Positions 1 through 13,114 are shown, counted from the first letter of the stretch. The stretch is 64,000 nt of DNA from Lytechinus pictus (GCF_037042905.1 NC_087245.1:28646001-28710000); one strand, 5' to 3'. The notes: generated by a model from the letters alone, not told the origin. Made by a program: numbers and translations.

Positions 1-392
1 TTTCTAAACCGATATAGGGTTTAGAACCGAAGCTTTACTTTCTTGGTCTAGATAGATCGAGAGTCCATCGTTAGTCTAGATCTATGACCTAATTTAGATA
101 CATGAACGAGACTCAATGCTGTGCGACAGCATTGAGTCTCATTGGACTAGATCTATACTTTCTTACAAATAGATCTAGACCTAGTGCATGAGATTATGAA
201 ATTATGTTAAAATCTAATGAAATAAGATTCGGAAATAAAAAGATCCAGATTTTTTTTTTTTTTGGGGGGGGGGCAGACGTACATGTAAAAAAATTTAGAG
301 AAACCTAAAATTCAGAAAGCGAGGGCCAGAAGCGACCAATATTACCTAGGGCCGTTAAATGCATTTCCTAAAGTAAAATTGAAGGATGTCAT

Positions 393-2094
393 TAGGAGTG
401 GGCTATACATGGGTCAAATATACTTTTTTTGTAATTTCAATATGACAACAGTTTTTTTTTATTCCTTGTAATGTATCTCAACATGAAATGACAATATTTT
501 TTGTCTCGGGTCCGAGAAAAAAGTGTGCCGGGCCAAAATCCAAAATGGCCGCCAAAACCCCCCAAAATCACAGTTTTGGCCACAACTTTTTTATTTGGTC
601 GTCAATTTCTCTGGTTTTGGTGTCTATTCATATGTTTTGGGGGGCAGGCAATTTGTTTTTTCTATAATTAGTACTTTTAAACCATTATTTGTTGAGTTAA
701 AAGGTAATTATACCAAAATTTTCCCATTTTTGTAGCCCTTTTTCAGCCGAAAAGTAGGTTTTATCATCCTGGGGTTCTGGGATATTAAATGGTACGAGGT
801 CGACAATAGCAAATCGCTTCATATAGCTATATTGCTTTTATTCCTCCACTTTGGGTTTTACGGATATTTGTGAAATATATCTTAGTAAATAAAAAAATGT
901 CAATTATCCATTGGGGCTATACATATGTACAATGTACTGTACATACATATTGCACTGCATAAATGCATTGGCCACCATGACAGATAACAAGGCTTGTATA
1001 AACTATAGTGTCATAGCAATGAGCTCTCAGGTTTAGAATTAGATGCCTCAGAAATTGAAGATATGTTTTGTCTCAGAAATTGAGGACATGTTTTGTCAAA
1101 TATGCTAATTCAGGGGGCGGAGAGAGGTAATTTACACTGTAGCTATTCTGGGCCCCGTTGCATAAAAATTTACCATTATGTTAACTTAACTTAATGGTAA
1201 CTTGCATGCAGTCCTTTATTCTGATTGGCTGTTGATCAGCGTTACCATGATACTAGTAGTTACCTGACCCCATAAACATAGGCCAGTTAGACACTAGAAC
1301 CAGGTTTTTAAAAAGCCTCCAAATGAAGAAGATATGGCTAAAAATGTGATGTACGTATATATACATGTATGTGATATTTACATGTCAGTGTAATTTACGT
1401 TGCTGGTTTCACCTTGTACATCAGCTGAGAAGGAATCAAATTCACAATCTAATTCTAAACCTTTGAAGCTCATTTCTATGACACTATAGTTTATATACAG
1501 GCCTTGTCATATGCCATGGTGGTCAATGCATGGATATATGCAGTGTAGTATGTACAGTGCATTGTACACCGTATAGCCCCTATGGATAAATGACATTTTC
1601 TTTTATTTGATAAGATATATTTCACAAATATCCGTAAAACCCAAAGTGGAGGAATAAAAGCAATATAGCTACATGAAGCTGCTTGCTATTGTTGACCTCG
1701 TACCATCTAATATCCCAGAACCCCAGGATGATAAAACCCACTTTTTTACTGAAAAAAGGCTACAAAAATGGGAAAATTTAGGTATAATTACCTTTTAACT
1801 CTACAAATAATGGTTTAAAAGTACTAATTATAGGAAAAACAAATTGCCTGCCCCCCAAAACATATGAATAGACACCAAAACCAGAGAAAATGACCACCAA
1901 ATAAAAAAGTTGTGGCCAAAAATGTGATTTTGGGGGGGGGTTTTGGCGGCCATTTTGGATTTTGGCCCGGCACACTTTTTTCTCGGACCCGAGACAAAAA
2001 ATATTGTCATTTCATGTTGAGATAAGGTAAAAGGAACACAAAAAAACTGTTCCCACAGTAAAACCGAAAATCACCCATTTATAGCCCACTCCTA
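393..2094. mobile_element. Non-autonomous fold-back DNA transposon with ~650-bp inverted arms and 7-bp TSD (hAT/P-like)
   Basis: Ends TAGGAGTGGGCTATA (393) / TATAGCCCACTCCTA (2094). ATGTCAT directly flanks both ends (386-392, 2095-2101). Arms ~393-1045 and ~1445-2094 are reverse complements, which explains the mirror ORFs 523..735(+) and 1778..1975(-). Confidence 0.85.
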
Positions 2095-3516
2095 ATGTCA
2101 TGCAATTCTCTTTTTGATGAAGGTTTTCACATTTCAGCTCTTACCCAAACCCCTCCCCCTATACGGCCATGAAAAAGATCACTTCTTATTATTGTTCTCT
2201 CCTTTCACAAACAGGTTGAGTTTGAAGAACAAGAAAAACAGTAGAGGTCTACCTATATGGTTCAAGATGATGATCATAAGTGCATGCATCATTTTGCAGA
2301 TTCTCATCCAGGTATAAAACTTAAACTAACCCATACAAAATTACAGATACATTACATGCATTGAATGTTAACCATGTTTACATTAAATAAAAATAATCTG
2401 AGCCACAAAGAGGTAGGATCTGTAATGAATGTACACTTCTTAAATATACAGGCTCTCGAGTCTAAAATAGAACCAATGCCAAAAGTTATGTACCTTGGGC
2501 AAATTTATAAAATAAGGTCATGTCCTTGATCTACTAGTAATTAAATGGCCTTTTTATTTCCTATTTGTTTATAAACAAAGCAATATTTATTTTTCATATT
2601 TTACCAAATTCATTTTATGCATTCTTTAGTGTGATATTCATATTTCATATTTGTAGATTAACATTTTTTTTTAAATCTTGTTATTTTACATTTTGTCCAA
2701 TAGGATGATGCAGTTTTACAATTTCCATGGAGGTGATTGATGATGATAAATAATTGGTGAAGTAGGCCTAATAGAACAGCGACTAGACCACAAAGAGAAA
2801 TACAACCTACAGCAGTTATATGAGTGAGTTAATTAGTGAATATTTTTAATAATGGAGGTTGTTCACATTTTTTTGGCAACAAATAGACCTGCCTTTGAAA
2901 AACCCATTTCAATTTTGTTTTTAGATTATAGTTAGTGTCGTTTTTAATCACAGATCAAAATATTCTGTGCAAAAAACATATCAACTTTAATTCTGACTAT
3001 TTATATAATTTACATATGTTGATTCATATTCATATTTATGAGAAATCTCTGGCATTTTTTCATAGAGTACATGTAGTGATAATGGAGAGTGGTATGTAAA
3101 CTGCATAGAACAGGTTTAAGTGATATGCTTTATAGAAGTACAAGTTTATAATTAGTAGAAGTAAGATTTCCTGTTATGTGTTGAAGAAACATATATATGT
3201 ATAGTCTCACTTTTCTTAAAACATTTAAGTTTCATAAATCACGACAATTTTAATTTAAATTCATTGATTTTCTTTCTCTATTTTTTCAATCTGCAGGCCA
3301 GGTGTAACAGATGTTTTCATTCAAGAAATCCAACAATTCAACATTGAAGAGTCTGACTTAGGAACCACTTGATGAAGATGGAAAAGGTTTTTTTTTCCAA
3401 GTCCAATTTTTCACAAAAAAATAATTATTATCACAACCCCAAAATCATGATGTATGAAATTTCTTGTTGATTTTCATTAAAACTGGTTGCAAAAGGAGAA
3501 GCTATAAACATACAAA

Positions 3517-4254
3517 TAGGAGCGGCGGAGTGAAGTTGAAAGTGGGGGGGGGGGGGCATAGGGAAAATGCTGTATTACATGAAATTTTTAAGAAGTTGCG
3601 AGCAAGCAAAATTTTGACATTTTTAAAAAGAAAATCTAAAATATTCAGAATGATATATTTCACCCTTTCCTTTTCTCTTTTTTTCTTGGTCGTGATTTTT
3701 TTTTTTTTTTTTTTGGGGGGGGCAAGAGTTCTTCAAGCCCCCCTCCATCTGTACGAAACTGCTTATATACCCCACTCATGAATTATTAAACTTAATGCAC
3801 AAAGGATTTCCTTCATAAGTATATTATCGAAATGAGAATATTGTTTTCTTGTTTCAAAGGGCAATCGTCATGGTGACCATAAAACGGGTCCTTCTCAGGT
3901 GAAAGGGGCACAGAACAAGTTCTTTAGGAGCACTTTTCTTGGGTAAAAGGGGGCAGTGATTCGAGAAAGGGCACTTACAAGAAGGCAAGGGGGCACTCTT
4001 TAACACATGAAACGGGCCCTCAGATGAAAGGGCACAGAACACGTTCCGGGGGGGGGGGGGGGGCATTTTTGGGTAAAAAAATTGCATACAAGGAAGAGCA
4101 CTTGGTAACACCTAAAACAGGTTCTCGTCAGGTGAAAGGGACACAGTACACGTTCGTGAGGGGGCATTTTTCTTGCATAAAGAGGCACTTTTCAGTGCTT
4201 CAAGAAGTAGGGGGAACTGTGCCCCCCCCCCCCTCCCCAGGATCGCTGCCCCAG
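3517..4254. mobile_element. hAT-like non-autonomous element, 8-bp TSD
   Basis: CATACAAA at 3509-3516 and 4255-4262. Degenerate termini TAGGAGCGGCGG / CGCTGCCCCAG. Internal short direct repeats (caggtgaaaggggcacag..ac). Confidence 0.55.
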
Positions 4255-4680
4255 CATACAAAAAAATTATTTTGGTTCAAAGTATTAACATACGCTTAAG
4301 AAAAAGGTAAAGCTTAATCCTCTGATAATGTGATATTTTTTTATGGCTAATTAATAAAATTCACCACTAACCAGAGAATTCCTTTATGTCTTTCATTTGT
4401 GTTCATATAGTATTTGTACAGAGCTAAAATGAAAGGGATTTGGAATTGGCAAAATTGAAAATGAGATGAAGATCGAGAGAGGGAAAGAGTGATGAGAAGT
4501 GGGTTGAAAAGAGATGAGAAAGAAATGGAGGGGCACATATGAAGAGATAATTTAGAGGGGGGTGGTAAGAGAGCTAGAATGTGGGAAGTAGGAACAAAAG
4601 GGGTGGAGGAGAAATAAGACGAGATTTATTGTAACCAGGAGACAGATAACAAGTGGGAAAAGAAGAAGGAAATATATGAA

Positions 4681-5495
4681 GAGTTTAGTTGCAAAAGGGG
4701 TTAGGACCATTCCGAGAAAAACCAAGTTTTTATTCTCACTTATTGCAATATTCTTATGAGAAACTAAATTGTCATGATGTACAACTCTATCATGTGAACA
4801 GTGAACATAAAATTGGGTATAAAAGAAATCTACCTGTCTTCAATTTTTTCTATATACTTAAAAAAAAATATCATTGTGTACCTAACCCCTTTTGCAAGTA
4901 AATTGAAGTGAATCCAATCTCTTTTTTTCAATCCAAATTTTTTTTTTGCCACTTCCATTCACGTTTTCATTTGAATTTCAAATTTCCTTTGGTATCATCA
5001 GAGTGACTGAAAATTTAGAGGTTTAGAGACAGAAAACAATAAAATATATGAAAAATGGACCTAACCCCTTTGACAAATGAGTTCTAACAGAAGAGTTTCT
5101 GTTGCAAAAGGGGTTAGGTCCACTCCCAGAAAATAATTTTTTTTTAATTCTCCCACATTGCAATATTCTTATGCGAAACTGAATTTTCATGATACCCTAC
5201 CATGAGAACATAAAATTGGGTATAAAAGAAATCTACTTGTCTTCATATTTTTGTAGATATTATTTTCCAAAAAAGTCTGTGTGGACCTAACCCCTTTTGC
5301 AACTAAACTGAAATGGACCTAACCCCTTTTGAAAAAAAGGTGATTTTCTTTGCCATATTAGTTCAATTTCACTTTTTAATAGGAATTTCAACTTTTCTAT
5401 GGTATCATCTTATATAGCTACTAAAAATCTATACATTAAGACATAAAAATCAAGTTTGATGAAAAATGGACCTAACCCCTTTTGAAAATGTGCTC
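4681..5495. repeat. Head-to-tail pair of ~405-bp TIR elements (GAG...GTTGCAAAAGGGGTTAGG / CCTAACCCCTTT...CTC-like ends; Sola-like termini)
   Basis: Units ~4681-5084 and ~5093-5495 share sequence, and each carries inverted AAAAGGGGTTAGG/CCTAACCCCTTT motifs. The superfamily call is inference. Confidence 0.55.
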
Positions 5496-6656
5496 TACAT
5501 ATGTAGGAGAAAGGCGGCACAAAAGAATTTTGAGTGGGAAAATGATTAAATGAAAAAAAAAACAGAGTAAGAAATGCTGGAGAATAAAGGGGACAGGAAA
5601 CGTATTAAACATGATAAACTGGGGCCCGTTTCATCATGAGTTACATGTATGGTAACTACGATGGTATAACCAACCAATCATAATCAAGGTTACCACGGTA
5701 ATCACAATAATTGCAATGTTTTTAAATAGCTGTAATTCATTATGAAACGGACGCCAGATGAAGAAAGAACGCACGGGGATCCATGAAGATTTTTTTTTTT
5801 GCTTCTCGAAATTTGTTTCTAACAAGAAATGTACTCTTTAAGTGGTGACAGTTATTTTTTTCAGTAACCATAGTCTCAACCAGTGAAAATTACCATCAAA
5901 TTTTAATAACCATGTTTTGCCCCCACCCCCGCCCCCCCCCCCCAAAAAAAAAAAACTTTTAGGTCAGTACAACAGCCCCTTTGATCTTTCCGCGGCCTCT
6001 GCCGGCTATAATTTAGAGTTGAGATTCTTTACATTTGTTAAAAACTAAGATTGCTGTATATCTTAACATGTGACAATTTAGGGATGGCAAAAGCACTAGA
6101 GACCTCTTTACCTAATCACGACTTGATCTATTCTTTTCATCTTCCCTTTTGGAATTGGCAAAGGCCTATAAGACGCAATACAAACAATGCTTTGTTTTTA
6201 AGTGATATCGATTGTGATATCGATACTTTATAGAGCGCGACGTATCGTCTCAGATTTGCGCTTGCTTGATTCGCTGAATCCTTCGCGTCACGAGCGCGTA
6301 ACAAAATGAATACATTAATGAATTTGCCAAGTTGACCTTTGTCATTGCGCTGATGTGCGTATTGTCTAATACACGTACAAAACCACAGTTGACGAGGGAG
6401 CATCGTACGAAATTAATATTAATGAGGGCTTATTTTAGCTTCTAATGGATTAAACAAAATGGCGGTAGCTTCGGGGGTTGCTCCAGACGCACTTTACGTC
6501 AGATCGGCACCGGCGAATACGCTTACGCAGCAGTGGCGCTTAAGAACTAGGTCAACTCCATTTTTTTAGAATAACTCTTATGACGTAACAAAGAAACAAA
6601 ACACGGTAATCTTCTGTTGCGACGGCTTAGCCCGATATGATATGAATTTCCAATAT

Positions 6657-9600
6657 TAGTCCAGTAGATATGTGAAAAAGATGCTCGAATCTGGCAGAAA
6701 GTGTGAAAATTGGCATACAGGGGTATTTTTGGGCGCTGATTTAAAAAATTGCCGGCCCCAAGCGATTTGACCATCGGGTCGGCCGCCATTTTGAAATCCA
6801 AGATGGCCGCCATGAAAAATCATTAAATGTCATTTTTTTTTGTTTTACATGGCATGTGACACTGAAATTTGGCATATAGGGGTATTATGGGGCACTGATT
6901 TCAAATATTGCCAGCCCCCAGCAATTTGACCACTTGGTTAGCGGCTAAATGGCCGCCATTTTGAAATCCAAGATGGCCGCCATGGTATATTATTGCAATC
7001 ATTTTCTTGAGTTTTATATGAACTGCGGTATTGAAATTTGGCATATAGGCTTAATTTGGGGTGCTGATTTCAAATATTGCCGGCCCCAAGTGATTTGACC
7101 ATCAGGTCGGCCGCCATTTTGAAATCCAAGATGGCCGCCATGAGAAATCATTAATGTCATTTTCTTGAGTTTTACATGATATGTGACACTGAAATTTGGT
7201 ATGTTGGGGTATTTTTAGGCACTGATTTCAAATATTGCCTGCCCCCAGCAATTTGACCACTTGGTCAGCGGCTAAATGGCCGCCATTTTGAAATCCAAGA
7301 TGGCCGCCATGAAAAATCATTAAATGTAATTTTCTTGAGTTTTACATGATATGTGACACTAAAATTTGGCATATAGGCTTAATTCGGCGTGCTGATTTCA
7401 AATATTGCCGGCCCCCAGCAATTGACCTCCAGGTCAGCGGAAAAACGGTTGCCATCTTAAAATCCAAGATGGCCACCATGAAATATCGTTGCAATAATTT
7501 TCTCTAATTTTGTATGATCTATGGTATTTAAATTTAGCATATACAGTGTAGGTGTAGTTTAGGGCACTTATTTCAATAGTCTTACCACCAGGTCAGCTGC
7601 CATCTTGAAATCTAAGATGGCCGCCATGAAAATCATTAAAAATCATTTTCTTGAATTTCACATGTGCTCTGAACTTTGGCAAATAGAGTACCTATTTTTG
7701 GGTGCTGATTTCAAATATTGCCAGCCACAAGTGATCTGACCATCAGTTCAGCGGCAAGATATGGCTGCCATGAAAAACCATATCAAAATAATTTTCATGC
7801 ATTTTACATTATTTATGACACCAAAATTTGGCATACAGAAGTACGTGGCACTGATTTTTGCCGGCCACCAGCAATATAACCATCGGGTTTCGGCAAAATG
7901 ACCGCCATGAATTAAGAGTAATTATAATTTTTTTGAGTTTTATATGAACTCTGGCCCTGAAAGTTGACATATAGGCATATATTTAGGCACTGATTATTGT
8001 CAGACCCCTCTTTGATTGCCATTTTGAAATACAAGATGGCCTCCATGAAATATAATTTGCTCAAGTCTTACGTATGGCCTGTAACACTTTGAATTTGGAG
8101 AAAAACTTGATCTTTGCATCCTTGATCAATGAAAAAAACATAATAAATAGATGCTATTTTGAATTCCAATATGGTTACCAAGTTTGAATGATGTACAACA
8201 TTATAATGGTGAGTAAAACCCATTGTATTGGCACTGAAAACAAATCCAACACAACCACATCTTTGTCCGTTGCAAGGATTATAATACTTTGGCACCCGTA
8301 AATATGAAGCACCATAAATACACAAACCAGCTAGCTTCTTCTGCAGTTACACATTTGAGGTGGCTTTGGTTGAACAGTAACCATCCGGAACAATCATTTT
8401 CTGTTGAGAGGCTGTAAATTATTTCTTTGAGTTTCATATGATCTGCAGTATTGCACTTTGACATATCGACGAAGTGCGGGGTGCATATTTCAAATATTGC
8501 TGGCCCTCAGCGATCTGATCCCCTGAGTCAGAAGCAAAATGTCAGCCATCTTGAAATCCAAGATGGCTGCCATGAAAAAAGATAATTGAAAAAAAATCAC
8601 TTTATCTAGTATCACGTAACGTATTATTTTAAAATTTGGCATCTAGGGTAAGCTTAATCTAGGGATATCGAAATTGCCCCCAGTAATCTGTCCAATGGAT
8701 ATGCTGCAAAATGGCCACCTTCTTGAAATCTAGAGTGGATCGACTGTCATGAAAATTCATTAAAATCATTTTCTTGGTTTTAAATAATTTGAGGCACTGC
8801 ATTTTAGACATACAGGCAGGTTTTTGGCCTGCTGGTTTCAGAATATTGCTCCATTAATTGCGATATTTTATTACAAATCGACAAGAAGAAAACTGCTCCA
8901 GACTTGAAGTACTGATGGTTATATAGTGGTATAAAGGTGATGATGATGATGAAATTAATATTAATGATGGATGGTAATAATACATATTTATTGTTCAAAA
9001 TAGAATTCAGTAACAGAAATGCTCCGAAAATGTATTTCGCCCATACCCTGTAGATCATGAGCCCGGCAGCAACTTAGCAGCGCCACATCGGACGTTGCTC
9101 TATCCATTAAAAAGGGAAGTTCACCCCAGAGAAAAGTTTGTTGTAAAAACACAAGAAAATATTATATGAAAAGGATATTGGTAAATCCATCAAAGATATT
9201 AGAATTTTAAGTTTTTGATTTGTGACGTCATATACTGTACAAGCAGCTGCCCCATTATGTTGTGTGATTTAAAATGGCAGATAAAGTGTGTTATGTGTTA
9301 TAATTACATGTATGTTAATTATCTATCCATATTTGAAATTAACATACAATACAAGTTTTTGCTTCATAGTACCAATTTACAGTGTCACAGGTAATGTAGA
9401 ATTCAGGAAAACATTTTTGAAAGATATTTCGTAGTAGCCATCTTAGATTTCAAAGTGGCGGTCATTTTCAGCTGACCCGGTGGATCAAACACTGGGGCAG
9501 CAATATTCTAAAACCAGCAGGCCAAAACCTGCCTACTTTGTCTAAAATGCAGTGCCTCAAATTATTTAAAACTCAAGAAAATGATTTTAATGAATTTTCA

Positions 9601-11339
9601 AGATGGTGGCCATTTTGCAGCATATCTATTGGACAGATTACTTGGGGGAAATGTCAATACCCCAAGATGCCAAATTTCAAAATAATACCTTCGTTATAAT
9701 TATGATACTTGATTTTTTTTAATGATTTTTTATGGCAGCCATCTTGGATTTCAAGATGGCTGCCATTTTGCAGCTGAGGTATCACGGGCCTAAAACATTT
9801 CCCATAGACTCGTGTGTTAAAGAGGCGCTCTAAAAAAAAAATTAGGATGAAATTCGAGAATTGAATGTTTACTACCTGTCCAGTGGATAGGATACATGTC
9901 TGACATTCCATATCTGACCAGAAAAGGGTACCTCGACCAGCTCATTTTAAAAATAAATCCGCATTTATGAAGACTACACCTGACAGGGTCATATTCATCA
10001 CTTGAGACAGTAAAGTGGCAATACTTCTTCCGCCAGTATAAAAATAGTTCCAAAGTGGTGATATATCTTCCCAATTTGAAAAAAGGAAGTTCAGTAAAGT
10101 TAGCCTCCCTAGAATCAGTCTTAGATTATCAATCATATTCATTCATTTTTGTCAATCAGCAATATCAAAATTAAAAATTGAGAATTAAATGGGTTGGCTC
10201 GAATGAATATCTTTGGCCCGTATAACCCTGACTCAGGGGATCAGATCGCTGAGGGCCAGCAATATTTGAAATAAGCTCCCCACACTACTTCTATATGTCA
10301 AGTGCAATACCGCAGATCATATAAAACTCAACGAAATAATTGCAATATTTCTATGGCAGCCAGCTTCGAATTCAAGATGACGGCCATTTTCTGCCGACCA
10401 ATCGTCAGATTACTTGGAGCCAGCAATTTTTTTAATGAACTCACCCAGATACCGATATACTACAAATTTCAGTGGCACATATTACGTAAAATTCAAGAAA
10501 ATGAGTTCAATGATTTTTCATGGCGGCCATCTTGGATTTCAAATGGCAGCTGACCCGATGGTCAAATCGCTTGAGGCCGGCAATATTTGAAATCAGCGCC
10601 CAAAATTAAGCCTATATGCCAAATTCAATACCGCAGTTCATATAAAACTCAAGAAAATGATTGCATTATTATATCATGGCGGCCATCTTGGATTTAAAAA
10701 TGGCGGCCATTTAGCCGCCGACCAAGTGGTCAAATTGCTGGGGGCAGGCAATATTTGAAATCAGTGCCTAAAAATACCCCAACATACCAAATTTCAGTGT
10801 CACATGTCATGTAAAACTCAAGAAAATGACATTAATGATTTCTCATGGCGGCCATCTTGGATTTCAAAATGGCGGCCGACCTGATGGTCAAATCACTTGG
10901 GGCCGGCAATATTTGAAATCAGCACCCCAAATTAAGCCTATATGCCAAATTTCAATACCGCAGTTCATATAAAACTCAATAAAATGATTGCAATAATATA
11001 TCATGGCGGCCATCTTGGATTTCAAGATGGCGGCCATTTTGCCGCCGACCAAATGGTCAAATTGCTGGGGGCCGGCAATATTTGAAATCATTGCCTCATA
11101 ATACCCCTATATGCCAAATTTCAGTGTCACATGCCATGTAAAACTAAAAAAAATGACATTTAATGATTTTTCATGGCGGCCATCTTGGATTTCAAAATGG
11201 CGGCCGATTCGATGGTCAAATCGCTTGGGGCCGGCAATTTTTGAAATCAGCGCCCAAAAATACCCCTGTATACCAAATTTCACACTTTCTGCCAGATCCG
11301 AGCATCTTGGCCATTTTTTGTCACATAACCGCTCCACTA
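6657..11339. mobile_element. Academ-like non-autonomous fold-back DNA transposon with mirror-image tandem arrays
   Basis: Starts TAGTCCAGTAGATATGTGA and ends TCACATAACCGCTCCACTA. 3-bp TSD TAT (6654-6656, 11340-11342). Long subterminal inverted homology and ~170-bp tandem units in opposite orientation on each arm. A frameshifted minus-strand remnant AEEA..GCQSIIILATDKDVVVL lies at ~8240-8360. Confidence 0.8.
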
Positions 11340-11789
11340 TATACCATTAAAAACAACTGAAAGCATGAGCTAAAAATAAACCTGCACGCCTGACTGGTAC
11401 TATCAAGCTTATACTTTTTATTATTATGATATAATTTCGTTTTCCCCTTATTTTTCAGGAGCTTATATGAAGAGGGTTGTGGTCAATAGTGACATATTAC
11501 AGTCGATCATGGGGAACATAATACAGAGGCGGTGTCGCAGGGGTGACACTACATTAGCTCCTCCAGACTTTATTTCATCTAAGATGTACTAGGCTTTGGG
11601 CTGCAAAAGGATTTCATGTGAGGTTTAGGGTAAGGTATAGAGTTCAGGGTTTGAGTTTGTCATTCGATTAGTGCAAGAAAGAGATGGGGAAATAATTAAG
11701 ACGAAAGTTGGTTATAAACAATGGGATATTGATAGTGTTACTCTATAATAACTATTCTGACCAATGTGAGCAAGTAATCATCGTCATCA

Positions 11790-11966
11790 TCATCATGATT
11801 ATTATTGAAATAATTGTAGTAATAATAATGACAATAATAATGATAATAATTACAATGATAATGATAATAAGTATATAATAATAATAATGATAATAGTTTT
11901 AATAATAATAATAATAACAACAACAACAACGATAATAATAATAATAATAATAATGATAGAATGATA
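11790..11966. repeat. (AAT)n/(AAC)n/(CAT)n low-complexity microsatellite
   Basis: Direct reading. It generates the spurious poly-Leu/Tyr ORF 11738..12250. Confidence 0.9.
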
Positions 11967-13106
11967 ATAGGCATCTCCCAACCTCCATGAAATTGTATGC
12001 ATAGGCCTACGGCCTCAATTTCCCCTCCCCCAATAAAGAATGTGGTTCTGGATAGACCTAAAGCTTCAGTCTCTGTTCGTCGGTGTTCCTCTGGACTACG
12101 TTTTGTTCCAATGGAGAAAATTAAAAAAAGCAACAAAAAAAAAAAAAAAAAAAAAATAAACAAAAATAATAATAATGAAAAAATAAAAACTCCTCCAAGG
12201 TTCTGGGAAGTTTGCCACCGGGGTACATGTTTTTGGGGTCGCGCCCTCACTCGGCTTAAGGTGTAAAGTCGGTGGATAAAGAATCCAGTAATGAGTCCTG
12301 CATAGGCCCTGTTGCAGAAAAGTTACTACTATGGTAACTTTGCCAAAAATGGTTTGTTACCATGGTAGCTAGTTACAATTGGATGGCAAAGTTACTATAA
12401 TAATAACTTTTATGCAATGGGGCACTGAGCTAGACTACTTGCCTTTACAATAATTGCACGACTATGTATATTTCTTCGAATAAAAACAAACAAAAAAATG
12501 TGACAATTCTTCAAGTCCTCATTGCGTGACTCAACATGTGACTTAATTTCATTTAAATGCTGTTATATCTAGATCTGCATCACTGATTTTTTTTCATTTT
12601 TCCTTATGCTGCTTTTCCTCGTAGAACAATACGTGTAATTGTAATTTTCCATACTCATAAAGTTTATACGATATAGGCATTAAAAAGCAAAGCTTGCAAT
12701 TACATGAATTATTAAAGAGAGGAGAAAGAAGGTTATTTTACGATATTTTTATTCAAAATGGCAAAGGGGGAGAAAGATTGTGGGGGGGAAGAGGGGGAGG
12801 GGATACAGAAACAAAGGAATATGAAAGTTAAATAGCAAATAAATAAATTCATTTTGTAAGATTGAGGTAAAAACAGTTTTAACTTCCTCTTCAACGAGTT
12901 AATGGAGGGGGGGGGGGGGCAAGTTCAATATCTGCACAGTATGTCTGGTTTTCTTTCGAGGACACCATCAATCTCAAGCTTAAGATGGCGGTCTCCCACA
13001 TTTCAATATGTGTATATATATATATATGTATATAAGCAAAATACAAGGTGAATAAAACAACCGTAGAGAGAAAAGTTAGATCAAATTTTCGCACATAGGG
13101 CTTCAT

Positions 13107-13114
<8 letters not shown>

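Noticed and set aside
523..2010. Two near-identical ORFs on opposite strands suggesting a gene pair
   Set aside because: They are a by-product of the inverted arms, have non-ATG starts and show no recognisable domain.
6400..6552. GC-richer block ending GGCGCTTAAGAACTAG as a Helitron 3' end or promoter
   Set aside because: There is no convincing hairpin and no matching other end in the window.
6700..11300. Regularly spaced palindromic ~33-bp repeats resembling a CRISPR array
   Set aside because: The intervening sequences are themselves homologous (tandem units, not unique spacers), the period is ~170 bp, there are no cas genes, and the context is eukaryotic.
11738..12266. 170-aa and 89-aa ORFs with poly-Leu/Tyr/Lys
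   Set aside because: These are translations of microsatellite and poly-A tracts.
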